Shown here piece after piece: positions 36,044-45,585 of a DNA stretch of 64,000 nt. The notes under the pieces were generated by a model. It was not told the DNA's origin. It searched no databases and saw only the letters and a list, made by a program, of their open reading frames with translations. Every line of letters starts with the position of its first letter. Within the stretch, counting starts at the first letter, position 1. The stretch covers positions 67,436 to 131,435 of the forward strand of contig CAMHMO010000002.1 of assembly GCA_946186275.1 (NCBI GenBank), given 5' to 3'. Made by a program: the position numbers and the translations under genes. This DNA comes from an uncultured Verrucomicrobiota bacterium (GTDB lineage: Bacteria > Verrucomicrobiota > Verrucomicrobiia > Opitutales > UBA9783).

Positions 36044-37927
36044 ATGGATGCCTCGATTGCCTCGCAAAACTTTTCCAACGCTCCGCATGCTTTTCTGCGT
36101 TCTCAGCCGAAGCCGTCGAAGTCGTTTGTGACAATCGAAACGCCGCTGTGCGACTACTATTCGGGATGTTTTATTGAAAATATCACCATCCGACCGAGTT
36201 CCGAAGCCGTACAGGCGTTCCTGAAAGCATCTGGTATCCGTCCAATCAATAATGTTGTTGATGTTACCAATTTTGTTCTCCTCGAGCAGGGGCAACCGTT
36301 GCATGCGTTCGATGCGGATAGGATAAAAGGCTCGCTGTGCGTTCGGACGGCGCGCGAAGGCGAACATCTGAAAACGTTGGACGGTATTAAGCGTACCCTT
36401 CCTTCAGAGGCGGTTGTAGTGGCGGACGGAGAGAAAGTTTTATCGCTGGCGGGCATCATGGGCGGCGAAGAAAGCGGCATTTCGGAGCAGGCGAGCAAAA
36501 TTTTCATCGAATGCGCGCATTTTGATGCCGATAACATTCGCGTTGTTTCGCAAAAAACCAATCTTTCGAGCGACTCCGCTTACCGATTTGAGCGTTTTGT
36601 CGATAAAACCCGCGCGCCGTCGGCGTTGGTGCGTGCGATCGAATTATTGCGCGAAACGTGCCCGAATTTAAAGATAACTTTCTTCACCGAAAGCGGTTCC
36701 TGCGCGGTTGCAATGCGTGCCGTCAGAGTGCGTTTGGAGAAAATTCGGTGCCTGATTGGGTTTGAGGTCGAAGAAAAAACCTTTTGTGATGCATTGGAGG
36801 CGTTGGGCTTTCGCTTAAAAACCGTCGAGAGCGGCGTTTGGGATATCGCGGTACCCTCTTGGCGCCGAGACGTAAGCCTGGAAGCGGATTTTGCGGAGGA
36901 ATTTATCCGCTTTTTCGGAACCGACCGCATTCCGTCGAACGTGCCCGGCGGCATCGCCTGCGAACTGACGGATGCGCCGGAATATACTTTACGCCTGAAA
37001 CACGCGGAAATTTTATCGAATGCGGGTTTTTACGAATGTTACACCGATTCGTTAAGTCCGAAGGTATGGTACGAAGGATTTTTGTCGTCCGAGCAACTTT
37101 CGGCATTAACGCTTGAAAAGCCCCTGAGTGAAGAACATGCCTGTCTGCGATTTTCGCTCATCCCCGGTTTGGTAGGTGCGCTGTCCGAAAATCGCAATCG
37201 CGGCAATCGCACCGAGCGTTTGTTCGAAACGGGTCGCATTTTTAAAGTCAATGCCAAAGGTCAGCTCTGCGAATGCTTTGCGACGGCGTTTGTCGTGTGT
37301 CCGTCGCGGGAACGAACCTGGAAAGCGGGCGAAGGTTGCGATTTTTACCGCGCGCAAACATTGGTGCAGGCTTTAATTGCGGCGGGCGGTGTGACGCCGT
37401 CGGCGGTTTTGGCGGCAGGAAAGGATGTTTCTCCGCTGTGGCAGGACGATTACGGCGGCACCATCGGTCGTTGGGAACAGCGCGGTTTTGAAGTAAATCT
37501 CGGTTATTTGAATTTAAATTTTACGCAGCGTTGGTTTAAGGAAGAAGCCGTGCTTGCGGCGGAATGTTTTTGGTTGCCGGAGCGCATTCGTATCCCGTCG
37601 TTCAAGACCTTTCAACCGTATGCCGAAACGCCGACCGTCACCAAAGACTTGGCGTTGTGGGTTCCGAAGGAGACTTTGTGTGAAACCGTGCGCCAAACGT
37701 TGGTGAAATCATTGAAAAAATTAACCAAACATCCCGTGGAAGTGCGCGATGTGCACGTGTTTGACGTATTCGAGGATGTAAAGAACGATCGCAAAAGCTT
37801 TGCCTTTGCACTTACGTTCGGTGCGTCGACGGGAACACTCAAAGATGAACAGGTGCACCCGATTTTTGAAGGATTGCAACAGCAGATTGAAAAACAGGGT
37901 GTGTATCGGGTAAGGGACGGGAGTTGA
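36044..37927 (+). CDS. pheT: Phenylalanine--tRNA ligase beta subunit, N-terminally short (627 aa)
   Basis: The B3/4 region is present (GIRPINNVVDVTNFVLLEQGQPLHAFD), as are B5 and the C-terminal FDX-ACB-like domain (TVTKDLALWVP...FALTF). The ORF begins at the equivalent of about residue 185 of E. coli PheT. Confidence 0.85.
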   Translation: MDASIASQNFSNAPHAFLRSQPKPSKSFVTIETPLCDYYSGCFIENITIRPSSEAVQAFLKASGIRPINNVVDVTNFVLLEQGQPLHAFDADRIKGSLCVRTAREGEHLKTLDGIKRTLPSEAVVVADGEKVLSLAGIMGGEESGISEQASKIFIECAHFDADNIRVVSQKTNLSSDSAYRFERFVDKTRAPSALVRAIELLRETCPNLKITFFTESGSCAVAMRAVRVRLEKIRCLIGFEVEEKTFCDALEALGFRLKTVESGVWDIAVPSWRRDVSLEADFAEEFIRFFGTDRIPSNVPGGIACELTDAPEYTLRLKHAEILSNAGFYECYTDSLSPKVWYEGFLSSEQLSALTLEKPLSEEHACLRFSLIPGLVGALSENRNRGNRTERLFETGRIFKVNAKGQLCECFATAFVVCPSRERTWKAGEGCDFYRAQTLVQALIAAGGVTPSAVLAAGKDVSPLWQDDYGGTIGRWEQRGFEVNLGYLNLNFTQRWFKEEAVLAAECFWLPERIRIPSFKTFQPYAETPTVTKDLALWVPKETLCETVRQTLVKSLKKLTKHPVEVRDVHVFDVFEDVKNDRKSFAFALTFGASTGTLKDEQVHPIFEGLQQQIEKQGVYRVRDGS

Positions 37928-38167
37928 GTGTCTTCTAATCTTCATGGGTGCGGAGTGTAACGTTTTTGAACCATGGCATTTGATTATAAAATCGGATTTT
38001 TTTTGAAAATTTTCACAAAAAATATTTAAAAAACGCGCTTTATCGTTGCGTTGCATGCAAGAAAAGCGTTTTCGAGGCAAAATATGCGGGTTTCATGTGT
38101 GTAAATGGGCTTGCTTCAACGACATCCGACACACAGCATGAAAGAAACGGAAGGTTTTTGAGTATTT

Positions 38168-38452
38168 ATGAAGACTTCGGCGGATATCGACCAATTGGCA
38201 AAAATTGCGTGCATACGGTTTTCGGAAGAAGAAAAGGTGATCTTTCAACAACAGTTGCAGGACATGATCGGTTACTGTTTTAAATTGGACGCCATTGATA
38301 CGGAGGGCGTCGAGCCGCTGTTGCACACGTTTGAGCAAGACGAAAATACCTGGGGCGAAGATGAGCCGACGACGTGCGACGGCTTGAAGATGTTGGAGCA
38401 AAACGCACCCGAAATGCGCGACGCGCAGTTGGCGGTGCCGAAGGTTTTATAA
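38168..38452 (+). CDS. gatC: Asp/Glu-tRNA amidotransferase subunit C
   Basis: It is 94 aa, with IDQLAKIACIRFSEEEKVIFQQQLQDMIGY...DTEGVEP, and lies upstream of gatA. Confidence 0.85.
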   Translation: MKTSADIDQLAKIACIRFSEEEKVIFQQQLQDMIGYCFKLDAIDTEGVEPLLHTFEQDENTWGEDEPTTCDGLKMLEQNAPEMRDAQLAVPKVL

Positions 38453-38528
38453 GAACGGAGGGTGTGGCGTTTTTTATATAAGGCAGTCGGCAGTATTGAA
38501 GGGAGCGGTTTAATAAACAAAGGATCGG

Positions 38529-40004
38529 ATGGGCATGGAGGAAGAAACGTTATTTTTACCGTTGGATCAATTGATTGAGGGGCTGAACGGGAAACGTTTT
38601 TCATCGGAAGAGTTGACGAAGGCGTACATCGAACGCACAAAGCAACTGGAACCGAAGATAAAGGCGTTTTTATCGTTTGACGAAGAAAAAACGCTTCGTG
38701 AGGCGCGCGCGTCGGACGAACGGCGTGCACAGGGACGGTTGTTGAGCGAATACGACGGCATCCCGATAGGGTTGAAGGATATTTTTTCCGAAAAAGGACA
38801 GCCGCTCACCTGCGCGAGCAAAATGCTGGAACATTACGTCAGTCCCTATGACGCGACCGTTGTGGAGCGTTTAAAGGCGGCGGGAATGGTGCTGTTCGGG
38901 CGATTGAACATGGACGAATTTGCCATGGGATCTTCGTCCGAGAATTCTGCTTTCCAGGTGACGCATAACCCGTGGGACGTCACGTGTATTCCCGGCGGGA
39001 GCAGTTCCGGGAGTGCGGCGGCGGTGGCAGCTGGCGAACTTCCGCTGTCATTGGGAACGGACACGGGCGGCTCCGTCCGTCAGCCGGCGGCATTGTGCGG
39101 CGTGGTCGGTATCAAACCCACCTACGGACGCATCAGCCGTTACGGCATTGCCGCATTCGCCAGTTCTTTGGACCAAGCCGGCGTGTTTGCACGAACGGTT
39201 TCGGGAGCGGCGGCGATTTTGAGATTGCTCTGCGGTGCCGACCCGAAGGACGCCACAAGCGCGCGCAGGGAAGTACCAGATTTTTGCAAAGAAATACGAA
39301 ATAATCGCGGAAAGAAATGGACGCTGGGCGTTCCGGAAGAATACTTCGGCGACGGTTTGGATCCCGAAGTAAAGAAGGCGGTTCTGGCGGCGGTCGATTT
39401 TTATAAACACCTGGGCTATACGATTAAGCCGATTCGGCTGAAAACATTGGAGTACGGTATTTCGGCGTATTACATTATCGCAACCGCCGAAGCATCGTCG
39501 AACCTGGCGCGTTACGACGGTGTGCGCTACACGTATCGCAGCCCGAACGCCAAAACGACGGAGGAAATGTTTTCGTTGTCCCGCAGCGAAGGTTTCGGTT
39601 CGGAAGTGAAGCGGCGCATTTTGCTCGGTCTGTATGTGCTGAGCAGCGGAGAATACGACGCTTATTATTACGATAAAGCACAAAAGGTGCGGCGTTTGAT
39701 TTACAACGACTTCGCGGAAGCATTTAAGGGCGCGGATGCGATTGTGACGCCGACCTCACCGACCCCGGCAACAAAGATCGGCGTGAAGAGTACGCCGTTG
39801 TCCGTTTATTTGAGCGATATTTATACCGTTTCCGTGAACCTGGCGGGCCTGCCGGGCATGTCGCTCCCCTGCGGTTTCTCAAAATCAAATTTACCGATCG
39901 GCCTGCAGCTCATCGGCAAGCCGTTCGACGAAAGCGCGCTTTTGTCGATCGCGGAGGCGTTTGAGGAAGGACATGAGTATTGGGGAAGGAGACCGAAGGG
40001 GTAA
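38529..40004 (+). CDS. gatA: Asp/Glu-tRNA amidotransferase subunit A
   Basis: It has the amidase signature GGSSSGSAAAVAAG, the GIPIGLKDIF motif, and is ~490 aa long. Confidence 0.95.
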   Translation: MGMEEETLFLPLDQLIEGLNGKRFSSEELTKAYIERTKQLEPKIKAFLSFDEEKTLREARASDERRAQGRLLSEYDGIPIGLKDIFSEKGQPLTCASKMLEHYVSPYDATVVERLKAAGMVLFGRLNMDEFAMGSSSENSAFQVTHNPWDVTCIPGGSSSGSAAAVAAGELPLSLGTDTGGSVRQPAALCGVVGIKPTYGRISRYGIAAFASSLDQAGVFARTVSGAAAILRLLCGADPKDATSARREVPDFCKEIRNNRGKKWTLGVPEEYFGDGLDPEVKKAVLAAVDFYKHLGYTIKPIRLKTLEYGISAYYIIATAEASSNLARYDGVRYTYRSPNAKTTEEMFSLSRSEGFGSEVKRRILLGLYVLSSGEYDAYYYDKAQKVRRLIYNDFAEAFKGADAIVTPTSPTPATKIGVKSTPLSVYLSDIYTVSVNLAGLPGMSLPCGFSKSNLPIGLQLIGKPFDESALLSIAEAFEEGHEYWGRRPKG

Positions 40005-40005
40005 G

Positions 40006-40926
40006 ATGAAGAAAAAGGTGTTATTAACAGGTGCAAGTGGTGGGATCGGTTATTCCGTGGAGAAGGTTCTTTGCGAAAGAGGATTTGAAGTCTATGCGCC
40101 GATCCGACAGGAGGTTCGGGTGGAGAGTGATGTTCATTGGGTAAAAGGAAATATCCTGGATGATGCTTTTGTCGATCGAATGATGGCGGAAATTAAGCCT
40201 GAATATTTGATCCATCTGGCGTGGGATCGGTCGAGTATTTATGAAAAACATGCTCCGCTTCAGTATGCTTTTTTGTCTTCCGGAATTCGTCTGGCGCAGG
40301 CTTTTGCTGAAAACGGCGGGAAACGAGCGTTGTATGCCGGTAGTTTCGCGGAATATGCGGCTTCCGATCGCCCGTTGAAGGAAACAGATGTCTTGGATTT
40401 AAGTCGAACGCATTACGCTTTTTGCAAGCATCATTTGCATGAAATTGCAGAGCGGTATTTCCGTGTAAATGGTGTTTCTTTCGGATACGCTCGGATAGGA
40501 GGGTCTTATAGTTTGGAAGATATACGCAGGAACCGTCTTATAGGTTCGTTATGGAAAGCTTTTTTTAACGATCAGACGTTTGTGTTTAGAGATAGATCGC
40601 TGTTGAGAGATTTCATTTACATAAAGGACGTTGCGGCAGCGTTGGTGCAATTTTTGGAGAGTGGTGTTGAAGGTACGGTGAATATCTGTACTGGCAAAGC
40701 GACATCGGTGAAGGATTTTGTAACGTTGTTTGCGAAAAAAGTCGGGAAGGAACATTTGTTGGTTTTTAAAGATGATTGTGCCGACCAGGTGCCTGTCCAA
40801 TTCGGCGATAATACGCGTTTGGTGAAGGAAGTCGGTTATACGCCGCGTTATACAGTGGAACAAGGGTTATCGGAAATTGCAGAAGAATTTTTAAAAGCAG
40901 AAAAAGAGCGAAAAGCGGAAAATTGA
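40006..40926 (+). CDS. NAD-dependent epimerase/dehydratase (extended SDR) inserted between gatA and gatB
   Basis: It has the Rossmann motif LLTGASGGIG and a catalytic YxxxK (YAFCK). Its ATG lies 1 nt after the gatA stop. Confidence 0.8.
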   Translation: MKKKVLLTGASGGIGYSVEKVLCERGFEVYAPIRQEVRVESDVHWVKGNILDDAFVDRMMAEIKPEYLIHLAWDRSSIYEKHAPLQYAFLSSGIRLAQAFAENGGKRALYAGSFAEYAASDRPLKETDVLDLSRTHYAFCKHHLHEIAERYFRVNGVSFGYARIGGSYSLEDIRRNRLIGSLWKAFFNDQTFVFRDRSLLRDFIYIKDVAAALVQFLESGVEGTVNICTGKATSVKDFVTLFAKKVGKEHLLVFKDDCADQVPVQFGDNTRLVKEVGYTPRYTVEQGLSEIAEEFLKAEKERKAEN

Positions 40927-41061
40927 CGGCACTGTTTGGTTATAATGGTTGTGGTGCATTGATAGGACTCGACAGGTTGAGGGCTTGTGATTGTACATAT
41001 GATTTAAGATTGTCCGCTGGAAACGGAAAGATTAAGTTCAAGACAGGGGGAGGTTTTGTCT

Positions 41062-42507
41062 ATGTCACATTATGAAGCGGTAATCGGATTGGAAGTACAT
41101 GTGCAGTTGAAAACACGCACGAAGTTGTTGACGCGTGCGCCGTATCGGTACGGAGAAGAACCGAATACGTTGACGGATGAGGTTGTCCTCGGATTGCCCG
41201 GAACGTTGCCGGTGTTGAATAAGGCGGCGATTTTGAAGGCGGTGCAAGTCGGTTGTATGTTCGGGTGCGAAATCGCGCGCAGGTGCAAATGGGATCGCAA
41301 GAATTATTTCTATCCGGATGCGCCGAAGAATTACCAGGTGTCTCAGTTGGATGAACCTTTATGTAAAGGCGGGTTTGTCGAAATCGAACTGGAGGGAGCG
41401 GCGCGCAACATTCAGGGGGAGCATCGCAAGGTAGCGCTCAATCGCATTCATGTGGAAGAGGATGTCGGAAAATTAACCCACAATTCTGACGGATCGACGG
41501 TAGATTTTAATCGTGCCGGGGTACCGTTGATTGAGATTGTTTCGGAGCCGGATATGCATTCGGCGGAGGAAGTTTTTGCTTATTTGAAATCGTTAGAGAT
41601 GCATTTGCGCGCCGTCGGAGCCTCCGACTGCGATATGGAGAAGGGGCAAATGCGTTGCGATGCGAACGTCAGCATTCGTCCGACGGGCTCAATGGCATTG
41701 GGAACAAAGGTGGAGCTGAAAAATTTGAATTCCATTTCGGGTGTTTGCAACGGTGTTCGACATGAAATTCAACGCCAGATCCGCGCGACAGAAGCGGGCG
41801 AAGCGATTGTTCAGGAAACACGTCGTTGGGATGCGGAGAAAAACGACAGTTATTCAATGCGTTCTAAGGAAAGTGCGCACGATTATCGCTATTTTACCGA
41901 TCCCGATTTATTTCCGATTACGCTTTCGGAGGCGCAAATCGAGGAACAAAGAAAGCAGGTGCCCGAATTGCCGTTTGCCAAACAGGAGCGTTATTTGACG
42001 ACTTTACATCTGCCTTATACAGTCACATCCGTGCTCTGTCCCGACAAACGCCTCGGCGATTTTTTTGAAGCAACATTGGCACTTTACGACAAAAATCCGC
42101 TTTCAATTGCCAACTGGATTGCCAACGATTTGTTGCGGGAATCGGATAATCAGCCGTGGGAATCATTGAAACTGACGCCGCAACATTTGGCGGAATTGGT
42201 GCGTTTGGTCGATGACGGCGTTATCTCCAAGCAAAGCGCGAAGGATGTTTTTCTCGCGGCGTTCCAAACGGGCGAAATGCCGTCAAAAATTGTCAAAAAT
42301 AAAGGCTTGGAAGTATCGGTGGATACGGACGAACTGCAAACCTTATGTGAAGAAGTGATTGCCGCGTTCCCGAAACCGGTTGCCGAATACCGCGCGGGTA
42401 AAGAAAAAGCACTCAATGTTTTAAAGGGGCAGTTGATGAAGCGTACGCAGGGGAAAGTGCCTGTGAGCGCAATCGAAAAAGTACTCGCGGAGTGTTTGAA
42501 GGGATAA
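41062..42507 (+). CDS. gatB: Asp/Glu-tRNA amidotransferase subunit B
   Basis: It has YEAVIGLEVHVQL, a GatB/YqeY C-terminal region, and a GGGGGAGG Shine-Dalgarno about 10 nt upstream of the ATG at 41062. Confidence 0.95.
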   Translation: MSHYEAVIGLEVHVQLKTRTKLLTRAPYRYGEEPNTLTDEVVLGLPGTLPVLNKAAILKAVQVGCMFGCEIARRCKWDRKNYFYPDAPKNYQVSQLDEPLCKGGFVEIELEGAARNIQGEHRKVALNRIHVEEDVGKLTHNSDGSTVDFNRAGVPLIEIVSEPDMHSAEEVFAYLKSLEMHLRAVGASDCDMEKGQMRCDANVSIRPTGSMALGTKVELKNLNSISGVCNGVRHEIQRQIRATEAGEAIVQETRRWDAEKNDSYSMRSKESAHDYRYFTDPDLFPITLSEAQIEEQRKQVPELPFAKQERYLTTLHLPYTVTSVLCPDKRLGDFFEATLALYDKNPLSIANWIANDLLRESDNQPWESLKLTPQHLAELVRLVDDGVISKQSAKDVFLAAFQTGEMPSKIVKNKGLEVSVDTDELQTLCEEVIAAFPKPVAEYRAGKEKALNVLKGQLMKRTQGKVPVSAIEKVLAECLKG

Positions 42508-42708
42508 AGGCGGCAATATACGTCGGGTAGAAGTTCCTTTCGGCGATTTTTTTGATACGCATGCATCGGTGGGGTTGCGATGCTTCCGTGAAGTCGGGAG
42601 GTGCCCTGGGGGTTTATTGCGTTTTGAGCTTATTTTGCGAAAGGCAACGGTGTTTCGGCGTACAATTCCCTTGCTCAATTTTCGCTCCCGTGAAAAAATA
42701 GTCTCACC

Positions 42709-44139
42709 ATGTCCCTGCCGTCGGTTCTGCTGTTTGGTCGAACGAATGTCGGGAAAAGTACGCTGTTTAATCGATTGACGAAAACCAAAACGGCGGTTGT
42801 GTATGATCAACCCGGGGTGACGCGTGATTTTCTGACGGCAACGGTGGACGGTTTGTTCCAGCTGACCGACAGCGGCGGGTTGTTTGCGCCGACGGATGTT
42901 TTTGCCCGTGCGATCGAAGCGCGCGTGACGGAAGCTTTGGAGAAAGCCGACGCGGTGGTTTGGGTCGTCGACGGACGTTGCGGATTAACGCCGACGGATT
43001 TAACATTGGCGGAGCAACTGCGAAAGTTAAAGGTCCCGCGCATTTTGGCGATCAACAAGGTCGATCGGTCGGAAGACGAGGAGGATTTGGCGGAATTTTA
43101 TAAATCAGGCTTCGAGATTGTGATTCCGATTTCGGCGGAACATGACCGCAACATCGATGTTTTAAAGGAAGCCGTCGTGCGGGCGTTGCCGAAGACGGAA
43201 GCGCGGGCGGATGAGGCGCCGATTGTCGCCAAATTTGCCCTCATCGGTCGTCCGAATGTCGGAAAATCCTCTTTAACGAATGCTTTATTGAGGGAAGAAC
43301 GCGCCTTGGTCAGTTCAACGGCGGGAACGACGCGCGATGCCATTGAATGCCCGTTCGTGTGGACATTCAAAACGGGGCAAACGGAACGTTTCAAGCTGAT
43401 TGATACGGCGGGAGTACGGAAAAAAACATCGGATTCCGTAGAATTTTACGCCTCCGTTCGTACGCGTGCCGCGATGGCGGAAGCGGATATTGCCGTGGTT
43501 TTGCTGGATGCGCTGACGGGACCGACGGCGTTGGATAAGCTTCTCTTAAATGAAATTGCAACCTTGGGCAAAGGCTGTCTGTTGGTTGTCAATAAATGGG
43601 ATCTGGCGCGCGAACAGCTGGAACGGGGCGGGGAGGATATTGTGAAATTTCAAAAAAAGTTTCTGGAAGCGTTACGCAATGTGTGTCCGTTCAGCGATGC
43701 GCCGATTGTGTTTTTATCGGCAAAAACCGGTGACGGATTGGAAGTTTTATTAAAAGAAATCAAGGCTCTGCGACAGCGGTTAAGCGCAAAATTGACGACG
43801 GGCGCGCTCAATCGTTGTTTGCAGGCGTTGCAACTGCGACAACCGCCGAGTGCGGTCGGCGGAAAACGCTTCAAAATTTATTATGCGGCACAGACGGGGC
43901 AAATGCCGATGGCGATAAAGGTATTTTGCAATCGTTGCGCGTGGATGCCGACGACATACGCGCGATTTTTGGAGAACGGTTTGCGCAAAACATTTCCGCT
44001 GGCCGGGTGCCCCGTTAAGTGGGAATGGATGGAGAAGCCGCAAAAGGAGGGCTCGGAGACAGAAAAAACGACAGCGGGGCGAGCGAAAAGAACGGTTCCT
44101 CGCGGGAAACGCATCCAAAGTGCTTCGAAAGACGGTTAG
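42709..44139 (+). CDS. der: Ribosome-associated GTPase Der (EngA)
   Basis: It has two tandem G domains (GRTNVGKSTLFN and GRPNVGKSSLTN), a KH-like C-terminus and a short basic tail. Confidence 0.95.
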   Translation: MSLPSVLLFGRTNVGKSTLFNRLTKTKTAVVYDQPGVTRDFLTATVDGLFQLTDSGGLFAPTDVFARAIEARVTEALEKADAVVWVVDGRCGLTPTDLTLAEQLRKLKVPRILAINKVDRSEDEEDLAEFYKSGFEIVIPISAEHDRNIDVLKEAVVRALPKTEARADEAPIVAKFALIGRPNVGKSSLTNALLREERALVSSTAGTTRDAIECPFVWTFKTGQTERFKLIDTAGVRKKTSDSVEFYASVRTRAAMAEADIAVVLLDALTGPTALDKLLLNEIATLGKGCLLVVNKWDLAREQLERGGEDIVKFQKKFLEALRNVCPFSDAPIVFLSAKTGDGLEVLLKEIKALRQRLSAKLTTGALNRCLQALQLRQPPSAVGGKRFKIYYAAQTGQMPMAIKVFCNRCAWMPTTYARFLENGLRKTFPLAGCPVKWEWMEKPQKEGSETEKTTAGRAKRTVPRGKRIQSASKDG

Positions 44140-44179
44140 AAGCGAGCATTTCGTTGCCGTACCCGTGGTTCGAGGTGCC

Positions 44180-45112
44180 ATGAATAAAGCGGAGGACGAA
44201 GGTATTTTGAAAAATCCGTTGGGGGCGGGTGCTCACGCGAACGATGCAGAGTTTGAGTATTTGAAGGCATTTGAGCGGTATCTCAAACAGCGCAATTATT
44301 CCAATTACACACAGCGCGATTATCTGCAGTCGGTGAACGAATGGTATCGCTTTATTCGCGGGCGCAGGCAGGCAATCGAGGATATGCGCAATTTGAACGT
44401 TTTTTTGCAACAAAGAGCCGTCGGCAAGCGGACACTTAACCACGATTTATCGGCGTTACGCACGTTTTTTCGATTTTTGGAGCAACGCAATAACGTCCCG
44501 ATGCCGCGGGAATTAAAAGAAATCAGCCCGAAGTTTGAGGCAAAATTGCCGACGTTTTTCACCGTCGAGCAGATCGAAAAGCTCCTTCAAACGCCCGATG
44601 CTATGTTTGCGGCGGGGCGATTGAGCGAATTTGCCTGGCGGCGCGACAAAGCACTTTTGGAATTACTGTATGGCAGCGGCATCCGCATCGGGGAATTGGT
44701 AACGTTGCGTTGCGAACATGTGCAATGGGATCGGCAACTCATTCGAGTGCTCGGGAAAGGGCGCAAGGAGCGCATCGTACCGTTTGGGAAACCCGCTTTA
44801 GAGGCACTTCAAGCGTTGCATCGTTATGTTCAAACACCGTTTCTTATTCCGAACCAAGCGGGGCGGGCATTGACGGCGCGTTCGGCGCAGTTGACTATGA
44901 AGAAGTATCTTGAAGCCGCCCAATTACCGTTAAACATGACGCCGCACAGCTGTCGTCACAGTTACGCGACCCATCTGTTGCAAAACGGTGCGGATTTGCG
45001 GGTCGTTCAGGAATTATTGGGACACGCGAGCCTGTCGACAACGCAAAAATACACGCACGTGAACATTCGCTTTTTGCAAAACATTTATCACAAAGCGCAT
45101 CCGCAGAGTTGA
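44180..45112 (+). CDS. Tyrosine recombinase, XerC/XerD type
   Basis: It has an N-terminal SAM-like domain (YLKAFERYLKQRNYSNYT), then LLYGSGIRIGEL, HSCRHSYATHLL and LLGHASLSTTQKYTHV (the R-H-R-Y catalytic set). Confidence 0.85.
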   Translation: MNKAEDEGILKNPLGAGAHANDAEFEYLKAFERYLKQRNYSNYTQRDYLQSVNEWYRFIRGRRQAIEDMRNLNVFLQQRAVGKRTLNHDLSALRTFFRFLEQRNNVPMPRELKEISPKFEAKLPTFFTVEQIEKLLQTPDAMFAAGRLSEFAWRRDKALLELLYGSGIRIGELVTLRCEHVQWDRQLIRVLGKGRKERIVPFGKPALEALQALHRYVQTPFLIPNQAGRALTARSAQLTMKKYLEAAQLPLNMTPHSCRHSYATHLLQNGADLRVVQELLGHASLSTTQKYTHVNIRFLQNIYHKAHPQS

Positions 45113-45316
45113 GTGACGAATGGGTTCCCTTCGGTAGTTTGTCATTCGGTGACAGAGTGTCCCGAATGTGCTTCGGGGATAAGAGTAGAAATTTTTTTAA
45201 AAAAACGATTGTTACCAGCGAAAAGCAAATTCTTTGTAGTTAATGAACTTCTGTTTTTCGGTGTGCCGATTCATCCGACGAATGATAAAAAAATGTTTCA
45301 ATCCTTGCCGACTTAA
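45113..45316 (+). CDS. Small Cys-containing ORF, paralogue 1 (67 codons, GTG start)
   Basis: Support comes only from its conservative, codon-aware similarity to the adjacent ORF at 45282..45470 (..CP.CA...+V.....KRL........E+L.FG....P). Confidence 0.3.
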   Translation: MTNGFPSVVCHSVTECPECASGIRVEIFLKKRLLPAKSKFFVVNELLFFGVPIHPTNDKKMFQSLPT

Positions 45317-45470
45317 CGAAGAGTATTTTGGGGTAAAACATCCCGCATGTGCTCCGAGGGTAAAGGTTCAAAATTTGATAGAAAAACGATTGGTGTCCGT
45401 TAGAGAACAAATAGTATCTTTTCGAGAAATTTTATATTTCGGTCTTCATTTTAAACCGATGAGTTGTTAA
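45282..45470 (+). CDS. Small Cys-containing ORF, paralogue 2 (62 codons)
   Basis: The sequence is MIKKCFNPCRLNEEYFGVKHPACAPRVKVQNLIEKRLVSVREQIVSFREILYFGLHFKPMSC. It is related to 45113..45316 with a 178-nt period, so it lies in a different frame. Confidence 0.3.
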   Translation: MIKKCFNPCRLNEEYFGVKHPACAPRVKVQNLIEKRLVSVREQIVSFREILYFGLHFKPMSC

Positions 45471-45585
45471 AAGGTATACCGACCTCTACCGACGGAGCAC
45501 AACGAACACAAAAAACACCTTCGGCTCCCGTTGAAGTATTACTTTTGCTCAAAATTTCCGCTTTCAATACGATTCTCTTGGGCTT

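Noticed and set aside
44180-45112. The tyrosine recombinase as a phage or ICE integrase marking a mobile element
   Set aside because: Its size, its N-terminal SAM-like domain and its catalytic-motif spacing fit chromosomal XerC/XerD. No phage, conjugation or att-like repeats flank it. The odd small ORFs downstream are noted separately.
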